Assembly: GCA_052036095.1 (NCBI GenBank)
Contig: JBPOHA010000056.1
Location: 466-64,465, forward strand
Direction: 5' to 3'
Length of the DNA stretch: 64,000 bases
Source of the DNA: Bacillota bacterium
Lineage (GTDB): Bacteria > Bacillota > Clostridia > TANB77 > CAG-508
Both the position numbers and the translations under genes were made by a program. Positions 48,808-59,210 of the stretch are shown piece after piece; position 1 is the stretch's first letter, and the number at the start of each line of letters is the position of its first letter. The notes under the pieces are model-generated. The model was not told where the DNA came from, made no database searches, and worked only from the letters and a program-made list of their open reading frames with translations.

Positions 48808-50430
48808 GTGGAAAATAATAAAGAAAATTTTCAAAATGAAGTAAAGAATGCTATAAATATTATTTGCAAATATGGAATACTAGATAAGATGGACAATGTA
48901 TGCACATACGAAACTTTTATGACTAGAGTTGAAGATGAATTATCAAGGAATAATAATTACTTATTAAAAAATGGAAAAAGCACTATATTTATGGGTGATA
49001 TAGATAATTTAGGAAAATTAAATATAAAGTATAAAAATCAAAATAGAGTTGATTCTGCACTTTCCAGTCTTATAAAAAATATAAGAAAGGTCCTTAGAGA
49101 TAATGGAATTCCAAGTTATGATATAGGAAAAATGGGAGATGAAATTTATATATTTATTCCTCATAGTATAGATGAAAATAAAAAATCAAATATACTTAAT
49201 GAACTTAACAATACTAAAGCATATATTAATCAAGATTCTAAAAATGGCAAAATGGAAGATTACATTACGATTAGTTTTGGAGCTTCAAAAATAGGAATAA
49301 GTGGATTAGAAGATTCTAAAAGTAAAGCAGAAGATTTAATGATGGAAACTAAGGAAAAAAGAAAAATAAAAAAAATGCAATTATTATTAAATAGTTCATC
49401 TAAGAAAAAAATTATAATGAAAGAATTGTTGGATGATATAGATGTGCAATTAAGAATAGATACTGATAAATTAAAAAAAGAACAGTATGAAATTTATAAA
49501 AAAAATAAGTATAATAGTATTAAAAAAATTTTAAGAAAAATAGATAAGATTACTGAAAAAGATAAAAGTTTAAAAGATATTATTGAAAAAGAGAAAAGAG
49601 AGCCATCATTTCTTGAAAATGTAACATTAAAAGAAGAAAATAAAAAATACGAAAAAAAATATCCGAATATAAAAATTTTACCAAGAGATTTGGAAGTATT
49701 ACAAATAGCTGATATATTGCAACATTCAGTAATACCAGGTGTGCAACGAAAAAGTACATTCTTAAACAAAAATTTAAAAGAACTATTAAATAAAGATATT
49801 AAAAGTCAACTGCAGGTATTTAGTAATACTGATATATCAACACTAGAGATTGGAAAAATTAAATATATGAATGATAATTATGGTCATTCATTTTGCGATA
49901 ATCAAATATATAATTTAATGCAAGTTGTAATTAATAAATTAGATGAACTAGGTATAACAAAAAATGCAGACATTATAGAAGAGAATATATCTACTTATTA
50001 TATTTTAATAAATAGTAATACATCTAAAGAAAAATGGAATGAGTTTGAAAAGAAATTAAGCGAATTGGAAAATAAGCAAATATTATCTGTAACTATATCT
50101 AAGCCAAAGAAACTATTAGCAAAAAAACAAAGAGAAAATGGAGAAATTAAAAAAGAAAAAAATAGAATAGAATATAATGGTGAACAAGAAGAAAAAAGTA
50201 TTAAAGATATAGTTATTAATAATTTTCAAAAAATAATTGACGAAAATAAAAAAGAAAATGAGATTAAAAAGATTGAAAAAAAGATGATGGACACTGATTT
50301 AATAGATTATGTAGTTGAAAAAAGTATGAAAACAATGTGCGTTGATTTAAAAAATGTAAAACAAATAAGACAACTGGGAAGAAATAGACAGCAAAAAGAA
50401 GCAGAAAAAATTGAAAAAGAAAGAAAGTAG
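48808..50430 (+). CDS. Degenerate GGDEF-like (nucleotidyl-cyclase palm) domain protein with a long K/E-rich C-terminal region. GTG start.
   Basis: Residues 60-160 are collinear with a GGDEF domain: DIDNLGKLN matches DIDhFKxIN, MGDEIYIFIP matches GGDEFviiLP, ITISFGAS matches ltvSiGvA. A second weaker YMNDNYGH segment lies near residue 355. Confidence 0.5.
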   Translation: MENNKENFQNEVKNAINIICKYGILDKMDNVCTYETFMTRVEDELSRNNNYLLKNGKSTIFMGDIDNLGKLNIKYKNQNRVDSALSSLIKNIRKVLRDNGIPSYDIGKMGDEIYIFIPHSIDENKKSNILNELNNTKAYINQDSKNGKMEDYITISFGASKIGISGLEDSKSKAEDLMMETKEKRKIKKMQLLLNSSSKKKIIMKELLDDIDVQLRIDTDKLKKEQYEIYKKNKYNSIKKILRKIDKITEKDKSLKDIIEKEKREPSFLENVTLKEENKKYEKKYPNIKILPRDLEVLQIADILQHSVIPGVQRKSTFLNKNLKELLNKDIKSQLQVFSNTDISTLEIGKIKYMNDNYGHSFCDNQIYNLMQVVINKLDELGITKNADIIEENISTYYILINSNTSKEKWNEFEKKLSELENKQILSVTISKPKKLLAKKQRENGEIKKEKNRIEYNGEQEEKSIKDIVINNFQKIIDENKKENEIKKIEKKMMDTDLIDYVVEKSMKTMCVDLKNVKQIRQLGRNRQQKEAEKIEKERK

Positions 50431-50639
50431 AAAATATGTAAGATAAAATTTGCTCATAGTAATATATGTTTAACAAACCACCTATATAAAAAATATATAG
50501 GTCAATTAATAGAAGGATGTAAAGGCAAATGCAAGTTGAAAACTGAATGAAGAAAAAAATATATATAGAGATAAGTATTGATTTTTTGAAACAATTGTGA
50601 TAAACTAAGTATGTTAATTAAATATAGGGAGAAAATAAA

Positions 50640-50897
50640 ATGACAGTAGTAAAAAATATATTATTAGTAGTATATGTTATAATTTGTATAGCATTAATTC
50701 TTATAACAACATTTCAATCAAAGGATAATAATAATTCCGTTGAAGATACTTATGAAAATCCAAGATTTAATAAGTATTATGAAAAAAATAAGAGCAGAAC
50801 TAAAACTGGAAAATTACAAAAGAATACAATTATATTAGAAATTGTATTCACGGTTTTAACAATAGTTACTGGAGTTATGTGTATTTTAGTAAAATAA
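50640..50897 (+). CDS. Small two-TM membrane protein
   Basis: 85 aa with hydrophobic termini. Confidence 0.35.
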   Translation: MTVVKNILLVVYVIICIALILITTFQSKDNNNSVEDTYENPRFNKYYEKNKSRTKTGKLQKNTIILEIVFTVLTIVTGVMCILVK

Positions 50898-51046
50898 GTA
50901 ATTCAAAGTAAGTATATGTTTTGTAATTATTATTGATGTATGTATATTAAGGATGTATTGCATAAATACATCCTTTTGTTTATATATGTATCTATAAAGA
51001 TTCTGATTTGTTTATAATAAGAATAATAAAATAAAAAGAGGAAAAT

Positions 51047-52984
51047 ATGGAAGAAGTAAAATTAACTAGATTAGTAGGTACTTTTAAAAAAAGTAGAAAT
51101 TTTGGATTTGTCGTTCCAGATGATAGGAAGATAAAAGAAGATGTTTTTATTTCAAAATCTAATTGGGGAAAAGCTAAAGACAATCAAAAAGTTGTTGTTA
51201 GCATTTTAAAGCAACCTATAAAAGGTAAGAAAGCAGAAGGAAAAATTACAGAGATTCTTGGATATGCAGATGAAACTGGTGTTGATATGTTATCAATTAT
51301 TCGCCAATACAATTTGCCTAATGAATTCTCAAATGAGGTTATAAGAGAAGCTAAAAATGTAAGCAAAGAGCCTATTTTATTGAAGGGTAGACTCGATTTA
51401 AGAAATGAAGAGATATTTACTATAGATGGGGAAGATGCAAAAGACTTAGACGATGCCGTTTGCGTAAATAAAAATGATGATGGGACATATACATTAGGAG
51501 TTCATATTGCTGATGTTAGCAATTATGTAAGAGAAGAAAGTGAGCTTAACAAAGAAGCACTAAATAGAGCTACTAGTGTATATATGCTAGATAGAGTAAT
51601 TCCAATGCTCCCAACTGAACTATCAAATGGAATATGCAGTCTTAATCAACATGAAGATAGATATGCATTATCTGTAATTATGAAAATAAATCAAGATGGA
51701 AAAGTTATTGATTCTGATATAAAAAAGAGTGTTATTAGAGTTACAAGAAGAATGAATTATCATGAAGTTTCAGATATAATTAGTTTAAGCATTGAAGAAA
51801 AGAAAAATCATGAAAAAGTAAAAAGTACAAATGAAGAATTAGATAATAAACTTATTAACTTAAAGAATGAAAAAGTTAAAAATAAAACAATAAAAACAGC
51901 AAATATATCAAGCAAGTTAGAAGAAGATTTAAAAAATGATGAAATTAAATTATATGGAAAAAAGAAAGATATTGAAAAACTTTTAAAATATGCTGATCAT
52001 TTCAATAGAATGGAGGAGCTTTCTAAAATTTTAAAAACTAGAAGGCAAAAAGATGGGTATTTGTCTCTTGATATTCCAGAAAGTAAAATAACATTGGACA
52101 AGTTTGGACATCCAATAAAAGTTGAAGCATACGAAACAACAATCGCAAATGAGATAATTGAGCAATTTATGCTTACAGCAAATGAAGTAGTTGCCGAGAG
52201 ATTTTACTGGTTAAATGCCCCTTTTATATATAGAGTACATGAAAAGCCAGAAGAAGAAAAAATAGTAGAATTAAATAAAGCATTATTTAATTTTGGATAC
52301 AAATTAAAAGGCAAAAAAGATGATATAAAACCAAAAGCATTTTCACAAATATTAGAGGATGTAAAAGGGAAGCCAGAAGAAAAAGTTGTATCAAATTTAT
52401 TATTGAGAACTTTAAAAATTGCAAGATATGAAGCGGAAAATAAGGGACACTTTGGAATAGCTAGTAAATATTATTGTCATTTTACATCACCAATAAGAAG
52501 ATATCCAGACTTATTTATTCACAGAATTATAAGTATGTATATACAAAATAATTACGAAATGGATGAATATTTCGGAGAAAAATATGGGAAAAAAGCTATA
52601 AAATATGCGATGAGATCATCTGAATGTGAACAAAATGCAACAAAAGCAGAGAGAGATTGTGATGATATGAAAATGGCAGAATATATGGAAGATAAGATTG
52701 GGAGTCAATATGATGGTATTATTTCAAGTGTTACTAATTTTGGAATGTTTGTAGAATTACAAAATACAGTCGAAGGTTTAGTAAGATTTGAAAATATTAA
52801 TGGAGATTATTTCAAATATAATGAAGCTAATAAAACTTTAATTGGTAAAACTACAAAGAAAGTATATAAATTAGGAGACAAGGTTAGGGTAGAAGTTATT
52901 GATGCAAATAAAGAATTAAGACGTGTGGACTTTAAAATTGCAGAACCTCACAAAACTGAAAAAATAGATAAAAGTAATAATTAA
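51047..52984 (+). CDS. rnr: Ribonuclease R
   Basis: Cold-shock-like N-terminus, RNB catalytic motif FTIDGEDAKDLDDAV, C-terminal S1 domain. Confidence 0.9.
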   Translation: MEEVKLTRLVGTFKKSRNFGFVVPDDRKIKEDVFISKSNWGKAKDNQKVVVSILKQPIKGKKAEGKITEILGYADETGVDMLSIIRQYNLPNEFSNEVIREAKNVSKEPILLKGRLDLRNEEIFTIDGEDAKDLDDAVCVNKNDDGTYTLGVHIADVSNYVREESELNKEALNRATSVYMLDRVIPMLPTELSNGICSLNQHEDRYALSVIMKINQDGKVIDSDIKKSVIRVTRRMNYHEVSDIISLSIEEKKNHEKVKSTNEELDNKLINLKNEKVKNKTIKTANISSKLEEDLKNDEIKLYGKKKDIEKLLKYADHFNRMEELSKILKTRRQKDGYLSLDIPESKITLDKFGHPIKVEAYETTIANEIIEQFMLTANEVVAERFYWLNAPFIYRVHEKPEEEKIVELNKALFNFGYKLKGKKDDIKPKAFSQILEDVKGKPEEKVVSNLLLRTLKIARYEAENKGHFGIASKYYCHFTSPIRRYPDLFIHRIISMYIQNNYEMDEYFGEKYGKKAIKYAMRSSECEQNATKAERDCDDMKMAEYMEDKIGSQYDGIISSVTNFGMFVELQNTVEGLVRFENINGDYFKYNEANKTLIGKTTKKVYKLGDKVRVEVIDANKELRRVDFKIAEPHKTEKIDKSNN

Positions 52985-53241
52985 TATAAATCTTAAAATA
53001 TAAAAAAATAAAAAGAAACTATGAAAGAACAAATTAGCATTCGGGAAACGTGAGCAAAACGGTCATCAACATATTTAGGTGTAAAAGCATTAAAATGCAT
53101 ATATTAATATAGTATCAAAGATTGCTCACTGTGAGTTCCTGACGTCTAATTTTTCTAGAATAGTTTGCTTTTTATTTTATTAAATATATAATAATTATTA
53201 TTACTTAATCTATTTTTTTAGTTTTGGGAGAATAAATAATT

Positions 53242-54486
53242 TTATGTGCCTATGATTAGATAACTTGAATTTAGATTTGTATTTACAGTAGTTTTGAAAA
53301 ATGCATTTCTATAATTATTGATCCAACCATAATTTACCCAATCATTCCAATTGGAAAAATTCTTTACAGCATATTTCCCAAATGATGAGATGTCAGAATC
53401 AAATTCTTTAGAAGTTTTATACAAATAATCATCTATGTGAGACTTTATATAAGAGTTTGCAAAATCTTCGATTTTTTTAGAATTTTCAGGAGTTAAATAA
53501 TTTGAATTGCTTGTAGACGTCATAACTTTGCAATTTATTGAAATATTGCATTCAATATAGGGATTACCGTTGATTATTTCAACGGTATTTTTGCATTTAC
53601 TATTATATAAATTAAGAGAAATATATTTAGAATCTTCAAAAGGACTAGGAATACTTATCGTAGCGTTTTTTAATTTATTAATTATTATCAAATGACATAT
53701 TGATTCAATTTCATCTAATTCACCTACAATTTTTCCATCCTTAAAAGCAGCAATAGCTAAAGTTTCTACATTTTTATCAGAAGAATTTGATTCATTATTT
53801 AATGAATAACTTGAGTCGTCTAAATTATAAATTTGATTTGTGCCAGATGAAAAACCAGAGCTATCAGCAGAGCTTATATTTCCCAAAATAGCATAGGGTT
53901 CAGTAAAGCTATCATTTAAATCACTAAAGAAATCTTTTAATTTTATAGTTTCAGTATAACCTGTATTCTTTTCTGAATTTTTTGCAATTTCATAATATCG
54001 TGCAGATAATTGTTCAAGCATAGGAGAAGAGTTAGTCAAAAAGTAATCTGCATTACATTGAGAGATTATTACATTGCAAGTTGGTCTAATCTCAATATTA
54101 TTCATTAGAGAATACACATAATTTGCAATTCCAGTAGATGCTAATTCTTCAGAAAAAACTAATACCTTACAATGAGATAAATTTATTTTTTTACTAACAT
54201 AACTATCTATTAGATTAATACCAGATTCAATAGTATTACATTCAATAGTATTTGTAATAGATGAAGATGATTGACTTGAACTAGAAGATTTGGAACTTCC
54301 AGAAGATGATGAAGATGGAATGGCTATTTGAAAGCTCATTTTTAATAAACCATTACTTCCTTTATCAAAACCCAAAGCAACAACATAAGCTAAATCATCT
54401 ATAGTATTTATTGATGATGAATTTGTTCCAGCAAAAAACAATAATGCAATTATTAACAAGACAACCAATATCTTTTTAGCTTTCAT
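53242..54486 (-). CDS. Spore germination protein, Ger(x)C family. The start is taken at MKAKKILVV; the ORF track extends to 54546.
   Basis: Signal peptide, then DDLAYVVALGFDKG as in GerAC-family N-termini. No lipobox Cys is present. Confidence 0.65.
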   Translation of the reverse strand: MKAKKILVVLLIIALLFFAGTNSSSINTIDDLAYVVALGFDKGSNGLLKMSFQIAIPSSSSSGSSKSSSSSQSSSSITNTIECNTIESGINLIDSYVSKKINLSHCKVLVFSEELASTGIANYVYSLMNNIEIRPTCNVIISQCNADYFLTNSSPMLEQLSARYYEIAKNSEKNTGYTETIKLKDFFSDLNDSFTEPYAILGNISSADSSGFSSGTNQIYNLDDSSYSLNNESNSSDKNVETLAIAAFKDGKIVGELDEIESICHLIIINKLKNATISIPSPFEDSKYISLNLYNSKCKNTVEIINGNPYIECNISINCKVMTSTSNSNYLTPENSKKIEDFANSYIKSHIDDYLYKTSKEFDSDISSFGKYAVKNFSNWNDWVNYGWINNYRNAFFKTTVNTNLNSSYLIIGT

Positions 54487-54679
54487 TCTAATTCCTTTCT
54501 TATATATTAAATCATAATATAATATTTTATAATAATATATGTGCAATTATTTTTATTAAATTAGTTACATCTGAACAAATTTGTAAAATAAATGAATATA
54601 TTTTTAATTTTATATTTATTTATACAATAGGAAAGATAAACTTTTCTAAAATATAAAACGCTAAGATTTGCTTTTAATG

Positions 54680-55786
54680 TTAAATTGAGTTTTTCTTTAA
54701 TTTAACAATACTACTTTTTTTAATATATCCAATAAGCAAAATAATAAAACTATAAGCAAAAACAATTCCAATAGCTAGATATTTATATATAACATTCTTT
54801 AAAAAAGTAATTTGAACTATATTCTGTGGAATTAATGTAATAATAAAAATTAATATAGCTATAAGATATATTAAAATTGAAGGATTTTTTATACTAATAT
54901 TTTTCTTATTAACTTTAACTATATAAGCAATAATCACAGATATATATGAGATAAAAGCAAGTATCCATATAAAGATAAATAGAGCATCAGTTCTTTCAAA
55001 AAACTTACCAAATTCAATATTTCTGCAAGTTAAGTAAGCAGATAATACTTCAGTTCCTGTTTGAATAAAAGGGAATTGAAGTAATAGCGAGGCAACACTT
55101 AAAATCAAATATAATGCTGAGATAATAATTGAAATTATTCCAATTTTTTTATAATCTTTACTATTTTTTAAATTAGGACGAATTAAAAATAAATATATTA
55201 ATCCACCAAAAGCAAATACATTACTGCTACCTTTAATAAAAGTTTCAGAAAAGCCATAACCAATTAAAGGCAACATTTTTTCAGGTTCTAATTCACTAAA
55301 AGATGCACAAAAAATAATTATAATACTTACTAAAATAAGTGGTATTATAAGTGCATTAGACTTAACTACATTTTTAAAACCAAGTTTATTTACTATAACG
55401 GCAACAATAATAAATATAAGTATAATTGACCAAATCTTAGCATTTGGGTAATATATTATTTGCAAATTTTCTGAAAAGTTAAGTAGTAGAATTGATGAAA
55501 TAAAAATTAAATATCCACAATAAAGTATAGATGTAAGAATTTTAAGAGGTTTCCCACCAACAAATTCTGAAACGTCAATAATATCTTTATTTTCGAAAGG
55601 ACTAAATAATTTATTAATAATAAGAAAAAAGATAATAACTAATATTGAAACATACAAAGTATTAATGACAGCAGCTGGACCAGTAGATATTAAAATACTA
55701 TTAGGTAAACTTAAAATAATATGTGTTAGCATAACAATTATAATTAAAAAGATTGCTTCAACATTATTGATTTTATCTGTCTCCAT
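54680..55786 (-). CDS. Spore germination protein, GerAB/APC-permease family
   Basis: 368 aa, about 10 TM helices. Sits between the GerA- and GerC-family genes. Confidence 0.7.
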   Translation of the reverse strand: METDKINNVEAIFLIIIVMLTHIILSLPNSILISTGPAAVINTLYVSILVIIFFLIINKLFSPFENKDIIDVSEFVGGKPLKILTSILYCGYLIFISSILLLNFSENLQIIYYPNAKIWSIILIFIIVAVIVNKLGFKNVVKSNALIIPLILVSIIIIFCASFSELEPEKMLPLIGYGFSETFIKGSSNVFAFGGLIYLFLIRPNLKNSKDYKKIGIISIIISALYLILSVASLLLQFPFIQTGTEVLSAYLTCRNIEFGKFFERTDALFIFIWILAFISYISVIIAYIVKVNKKNISIKNPSILIYLIAILIFIITLIPQNIVQITFLKNVIYKYLAIGIVFAYSFIILLIGYIKKSSIVKLKKNSI

Positions 55787-55851
55787 TAATTTTTTTACTT
55801 CCTTTCTAAAATATTAAAGTTTTATGATTAATTCAAATTATAAATAATTAA

Positions 55852-57537
55852 TTAAAATTTTTTTCTCCATTGCAAGCTTCTAGATTTTTGTATCTTTCCT
55901 ATTTTAGGGTCAAGGAAGCTTGGCCTTTCTTCACGTTTCCATGCAGGTCTTAAAAAATATCCTTCACCTTTAACTACATTTAAAGGAGCATAAGGGGAAA
56001 GATATGACACTCCAAATGATTTTAAAGAACAAAGTATTGCTAAATGAATAAAAAGACCTATAGCTATTCCTAAAAAACCTGAAAGGAAGCCTAACATTGT
56101 ATATGCAAATCGAAAAATACGTAAATGTAGATTAAGGGAGAAGTCAGGTATTACAAAAGAGTTTATAGCTGTTATAGCAACAATAATTATCAAGATAGGA
56201 GAAACTATATCAGCTTGAACGGCAGCTTGTCCTAATACTAGAGCTCCTACAATTCCAACAGTTGTGCCAAGAGGGGAAGGAACTCTAAGACCTGCTTCAC
56301 GGATTATCTCAAATGATAGTTCCATAAGTAGAATTTCTACTATAACCATAAAAGGAACAGAAGAACGTGATGCTACTATAGAAAATAAAAGTTCAGTTGG
56401 TATGAGTTCTCTATGATAAGTTATTATAGCAATATAAAGCCCAGGAAGTGTTAGAGTAACAAAAAAAGCTATTGCTCTAATAATTTTTAATACGTTAGCA
56501 AAAATATAATTAATGTTTTTATCTTCTGGTGATGACAAGAAATCAATTAAAGTTATAGGCATTACTAAAACAAAAGGAGAACCATTATATATTACTATGA
56601 CTCTTCCTTGAAGCAAAAAATTAGTTGCACGGTCAACCCTTTCAGTTGATAATACCTCTGGGAGGCTTGTACTAATATCATCTTTTATCATTTCACCAAG
56701 TTCACCAATTGAAACAATATAATCTACATCAAGATTATTAATTCTATATTTAACTTCAGCAACTAAGTCAGCATTTGCAATATTTTTTAAATAACATACA
56801 GAGCAAGGATTCTTTTTTAATTTGCCAACAGTAAGATTTTCAATTATCAAATTTTCATTGCACAAATTGCGTCTTAACATTGCTGTATTAGTACGTAAAT
56901 TTTCGACGAATCCTTCTTTAGATCCTTTTACAAGGGGCTCACTTTTAGGCTCAGATACACTTCTCATTTGAAATTTTTTAGCAGAAACATCAAAAGCATA
57001 ATCCATAGTGTCAACAAAAAGCAGACAATTTCCAGAAGAAATGTCTGTAATTACCTTTTCAAATGAATTAACTCTTTCTATTGAATTTTGAGGCAAAAGG
57101 CTATCAGATATATAGTCTGCAATATTAAATTTTTTTACAGGTCTTACAGAAATCGTTTTAGAAACTGATTTTGATATAACTTGTGGAGAATTATTTTGAT
57201 TAGCTAGATTTTTTAACATAAGAGGATTTAATATAAAATCATTAATGGATTTATCATCCACCATACCGTCAATATAGACTATAAAAGCCTTATATTGCTT
57301 GCTTCTGACATTTATTAAAAAATCACGAATCTTAATATCGGAGTTAATTAAACAATTAAATCTAACATTAATATATTCAAGATTGATATCTATATTAGGT
57401 GATACTTTCTGATTTTTTAAAGTATCATCAGGATGAAACTTATTATCATATTCACCATTTTTTATAGGCAATGTAAAACTATATTCATCATTATTATCTG
57501 CAAATAAATCGGCAAAGATTCTTTTAATTAGATTCAT
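55852..57537 (-). CDS. Spore germination protein, GerAA family
   Basis: Soluble N-domain, then a C-terminal TM bundle. LLQGRVIVIYNGSPFVLVMPIT is typical of GerA-family receptors. Confidence 0.8.
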   Translation of the reverse strand: MNLIKRIFADLFADNNDEYSFTLPIKNGEYDNKFHPDDTLKNQKVSPNIDINLEYINVRFNCLINSDIKIRDFLINVRSKQYKAFIVYIDGMVDDKSINDFILNPLMLKNLANQNNSPQVISKSVSKTISVRPVKKFNIADYISDSLLPQNSIERVNSFEKVITDISSGNCLLFVDTMDYAFDVSAKKFQMRSVSEPKSEPLVKGSKEGFVENLRTNTAMLRRNLCNENLIIENLTVGKLKKNPCSVCYLKNIANADLVAEVKYRINNLDVDYIVSIGELGEMIKDDISTSLPEVLSTERVDRATNFLLQGRVIVIYNGSPFVLVMPITLIDFLSSPEDKNINYIFANVLKIIRAIAFFVTLTLPGLYIAIITYHRELIPTELLFSIVASRSSVPFMVIVEILLMELSFEIIREAGLRVPSPLGTTVGIVGALVLGQAAVQADIVSPILIIIVAITAINSFVIPDFSLNLHLRIFRFAYTMLGFLSGFLGIAIGLFIHLAILCSLKSFGVSYLSPYAPLNVVKGEGYFLRPAWKREERPSFLDPKIGKIQKSRSLQWRKKF

Positions 57538-57752
57538 ATTTATGAAGATATTCCTTTCTTAGTCTATTATTAATTTTTAAAATCAAAAATATCATAAAAT
57601 ATAAATGAAATTTTGGTATTAAAAATATTTTATAGATATGCACAATCATATTTATTTATCTATCTATTAAAAATATTATAATTATTATTTTAATTATCTT
57701 GTACAAAAAATATACAAATATACAAAAAAAGCAAAACTAATACAAAATAAAT

Positions 57753-58946
57753 TTAAAATTCTTGCAGAATTTTTGCTAAATATTTCATAGCATTAATACT
57801 TTCATCTAAAGTATTTCCAGTAGCTCCAACCTCAATAATGCAAGCTGCTTTAGAAATATGTTGATTGTATTCTGAATTTCTTAGAATAATTGGCTTAAAT
57901 AATCCAGGATACATATCATTGGCTTTTTGTTGCAACTTTATAGCAAATTTAAGATTTTGATTCCAGTTAGAATTAACAGGATTAGCAACATTAGAACCAA
58001 TTACGAACATTAATTGAGATACATATTCATCTCCAATCTTTACTTTTGGAGCATAACTTTCATCTCCAATTGCATCTCTGTGCAAATCAATAATAATGTC
58101 AGTATCAGGGTTACTAGAAAGTATAGCTTTTGCTGTTTCTAAAGAGCGAGAATATGATCCATTATATGCAGGATAATCATGGTAAGTTTTATTATGATCA
58201 ACTTGAACACCATAAGATTTTAATTGATTTTCAAGTTCATCTCCAACTTTTGCTACACTAAAATTTAAATCAGTGGTTCTAAATGTACCTGTTGGTTCAT
58301 AATTATATGCATCACTTGAAGTATAGCTTTCACACGTATGTGTATGATAAATTCCTATTTTCTTTTTATTAACCTCAATATTAGGAGTGAGCATATCTTC
58401 AGTTAAAGTATAATCAGTTCCATTATTTATTTTAACTCCATAATAATCATTAGTAGATCTAGGGTTTACACTATTAGGAATAATTTCAGTTTTTACATCA
58501 GTTTGAGCTTGCTCAATTTCAGAATTACTATTGCTTAAAAGATTTGAATTATTGATATTATTAGAATTAGTGGTATCTTGAGTAATTGAACTATTCTGCA
58601 TTAAATCATAATTAGTTGAAGAATTTCCTGCGTAATTATTATAGGAAGCTAATTTTTTATAATCGATTAAATTTCCATCATTGTCTTTTATTGATTTAAC
58701 AATATTAATATCAGATAAAATACTATTTTCAAAAATAATATTAATAATATTGTTTTGAGAATTAGAAGTTGAATTATACATCGAGTTAATTTCTCCGATA
58801 CTATCATTAAAAAAATAATGCATTAAGTTAGAATTATCTCTATTCAAAAAAGAAAAAAGAAAATAAAAAATAAAGATTATAGCAATAGCAATAATTATTA
58901 AAAAAATATATTTAATTAAATCTTTTAATTTTAAAACTTGTATCAT
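57753..58946 (-). CDS. spoIIP: Stage II sporulation protein P (SpoIIP)
   Basis: N-terminal TM. GIYHTHTCESY and DLHRDA motifs of the SpoIIP amidase/endopeptidase family. Confidence 0.75.
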   Translation of the reverse strand: MIQVLKLKDLIKYIFLIIIAIAIIFIFYFLFSFLNRDNSNLMHYFFNDSIGEINSMYNSTSNSQNNIINIIFENSILSDINIVKSIKDNDGNLIDYKKLASYNNYAGNSSTNYDLMQNSSITQDTTNSNNINNSNLLSNSNSEIEQAQTDVKTEIIPNSVNPRSTNDYYGVKINNGTDYTLTEDMLTPNIEVNKKKIGIYHTHTCESYTSSDAYNYEPTGTFRTTDLNFSVAKVGDELENQLKSYGVQVDHNKTYHDYPAYNGSYSRSLETAKAILSSNPDTDIIIDLHRDAIGDESYAPKVKIGDEYVSQLMFVIGSNVANPVNSNWNQNLKFAIKLQQKANDMYPGLFKPIILRNSEYNQHISKAACIIEVGATGNTLDESINAMKYLAKILQEF

Positions 58947-59041
58947 ATAAAAAATATATTCCTAGCAACTAAAACTTATGAATAAAATTTGATACTTTAA
59001 TTAAACACATAAACTTTTTAACGCATAATTAAAAAAATGTA

Positions 59042-59070
59042 TTGCAAAAAATAAACAGATAATGTAAAAT
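59042..59070 (+). promoter_or_regulatory. Second copy of the cassette promoter (TTGCAA, 17 nt, TAAAAT)
   Basis: GTATTGCAAAAAATAAACAGATAATGTAAAAT matches the promoter at 4288-4320. Confidence 0.6.
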
Positions 59071-59210
59071 GAAAATAACTAAATCGCTAGAAAAAGATTA
59101 TAGTATAATATGTAAAAATAATCAGAATCAAAGTTAAGAAGTACAGAATAATAGAAGAAATAAAAATATGATGCAAAATATGAAAACTTAAGTTTAAGTG
59201 AGGTAAAAAG

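Noticed and set aside
52985-53241. tmRNA (ssrA) downstream of rnr
   Set aside because: The interval is only about 250 nt and lacks the tRNA-like acceptor/T-arm (GGGG..., ...UCCACCA) and a tag-peptide reading frame.
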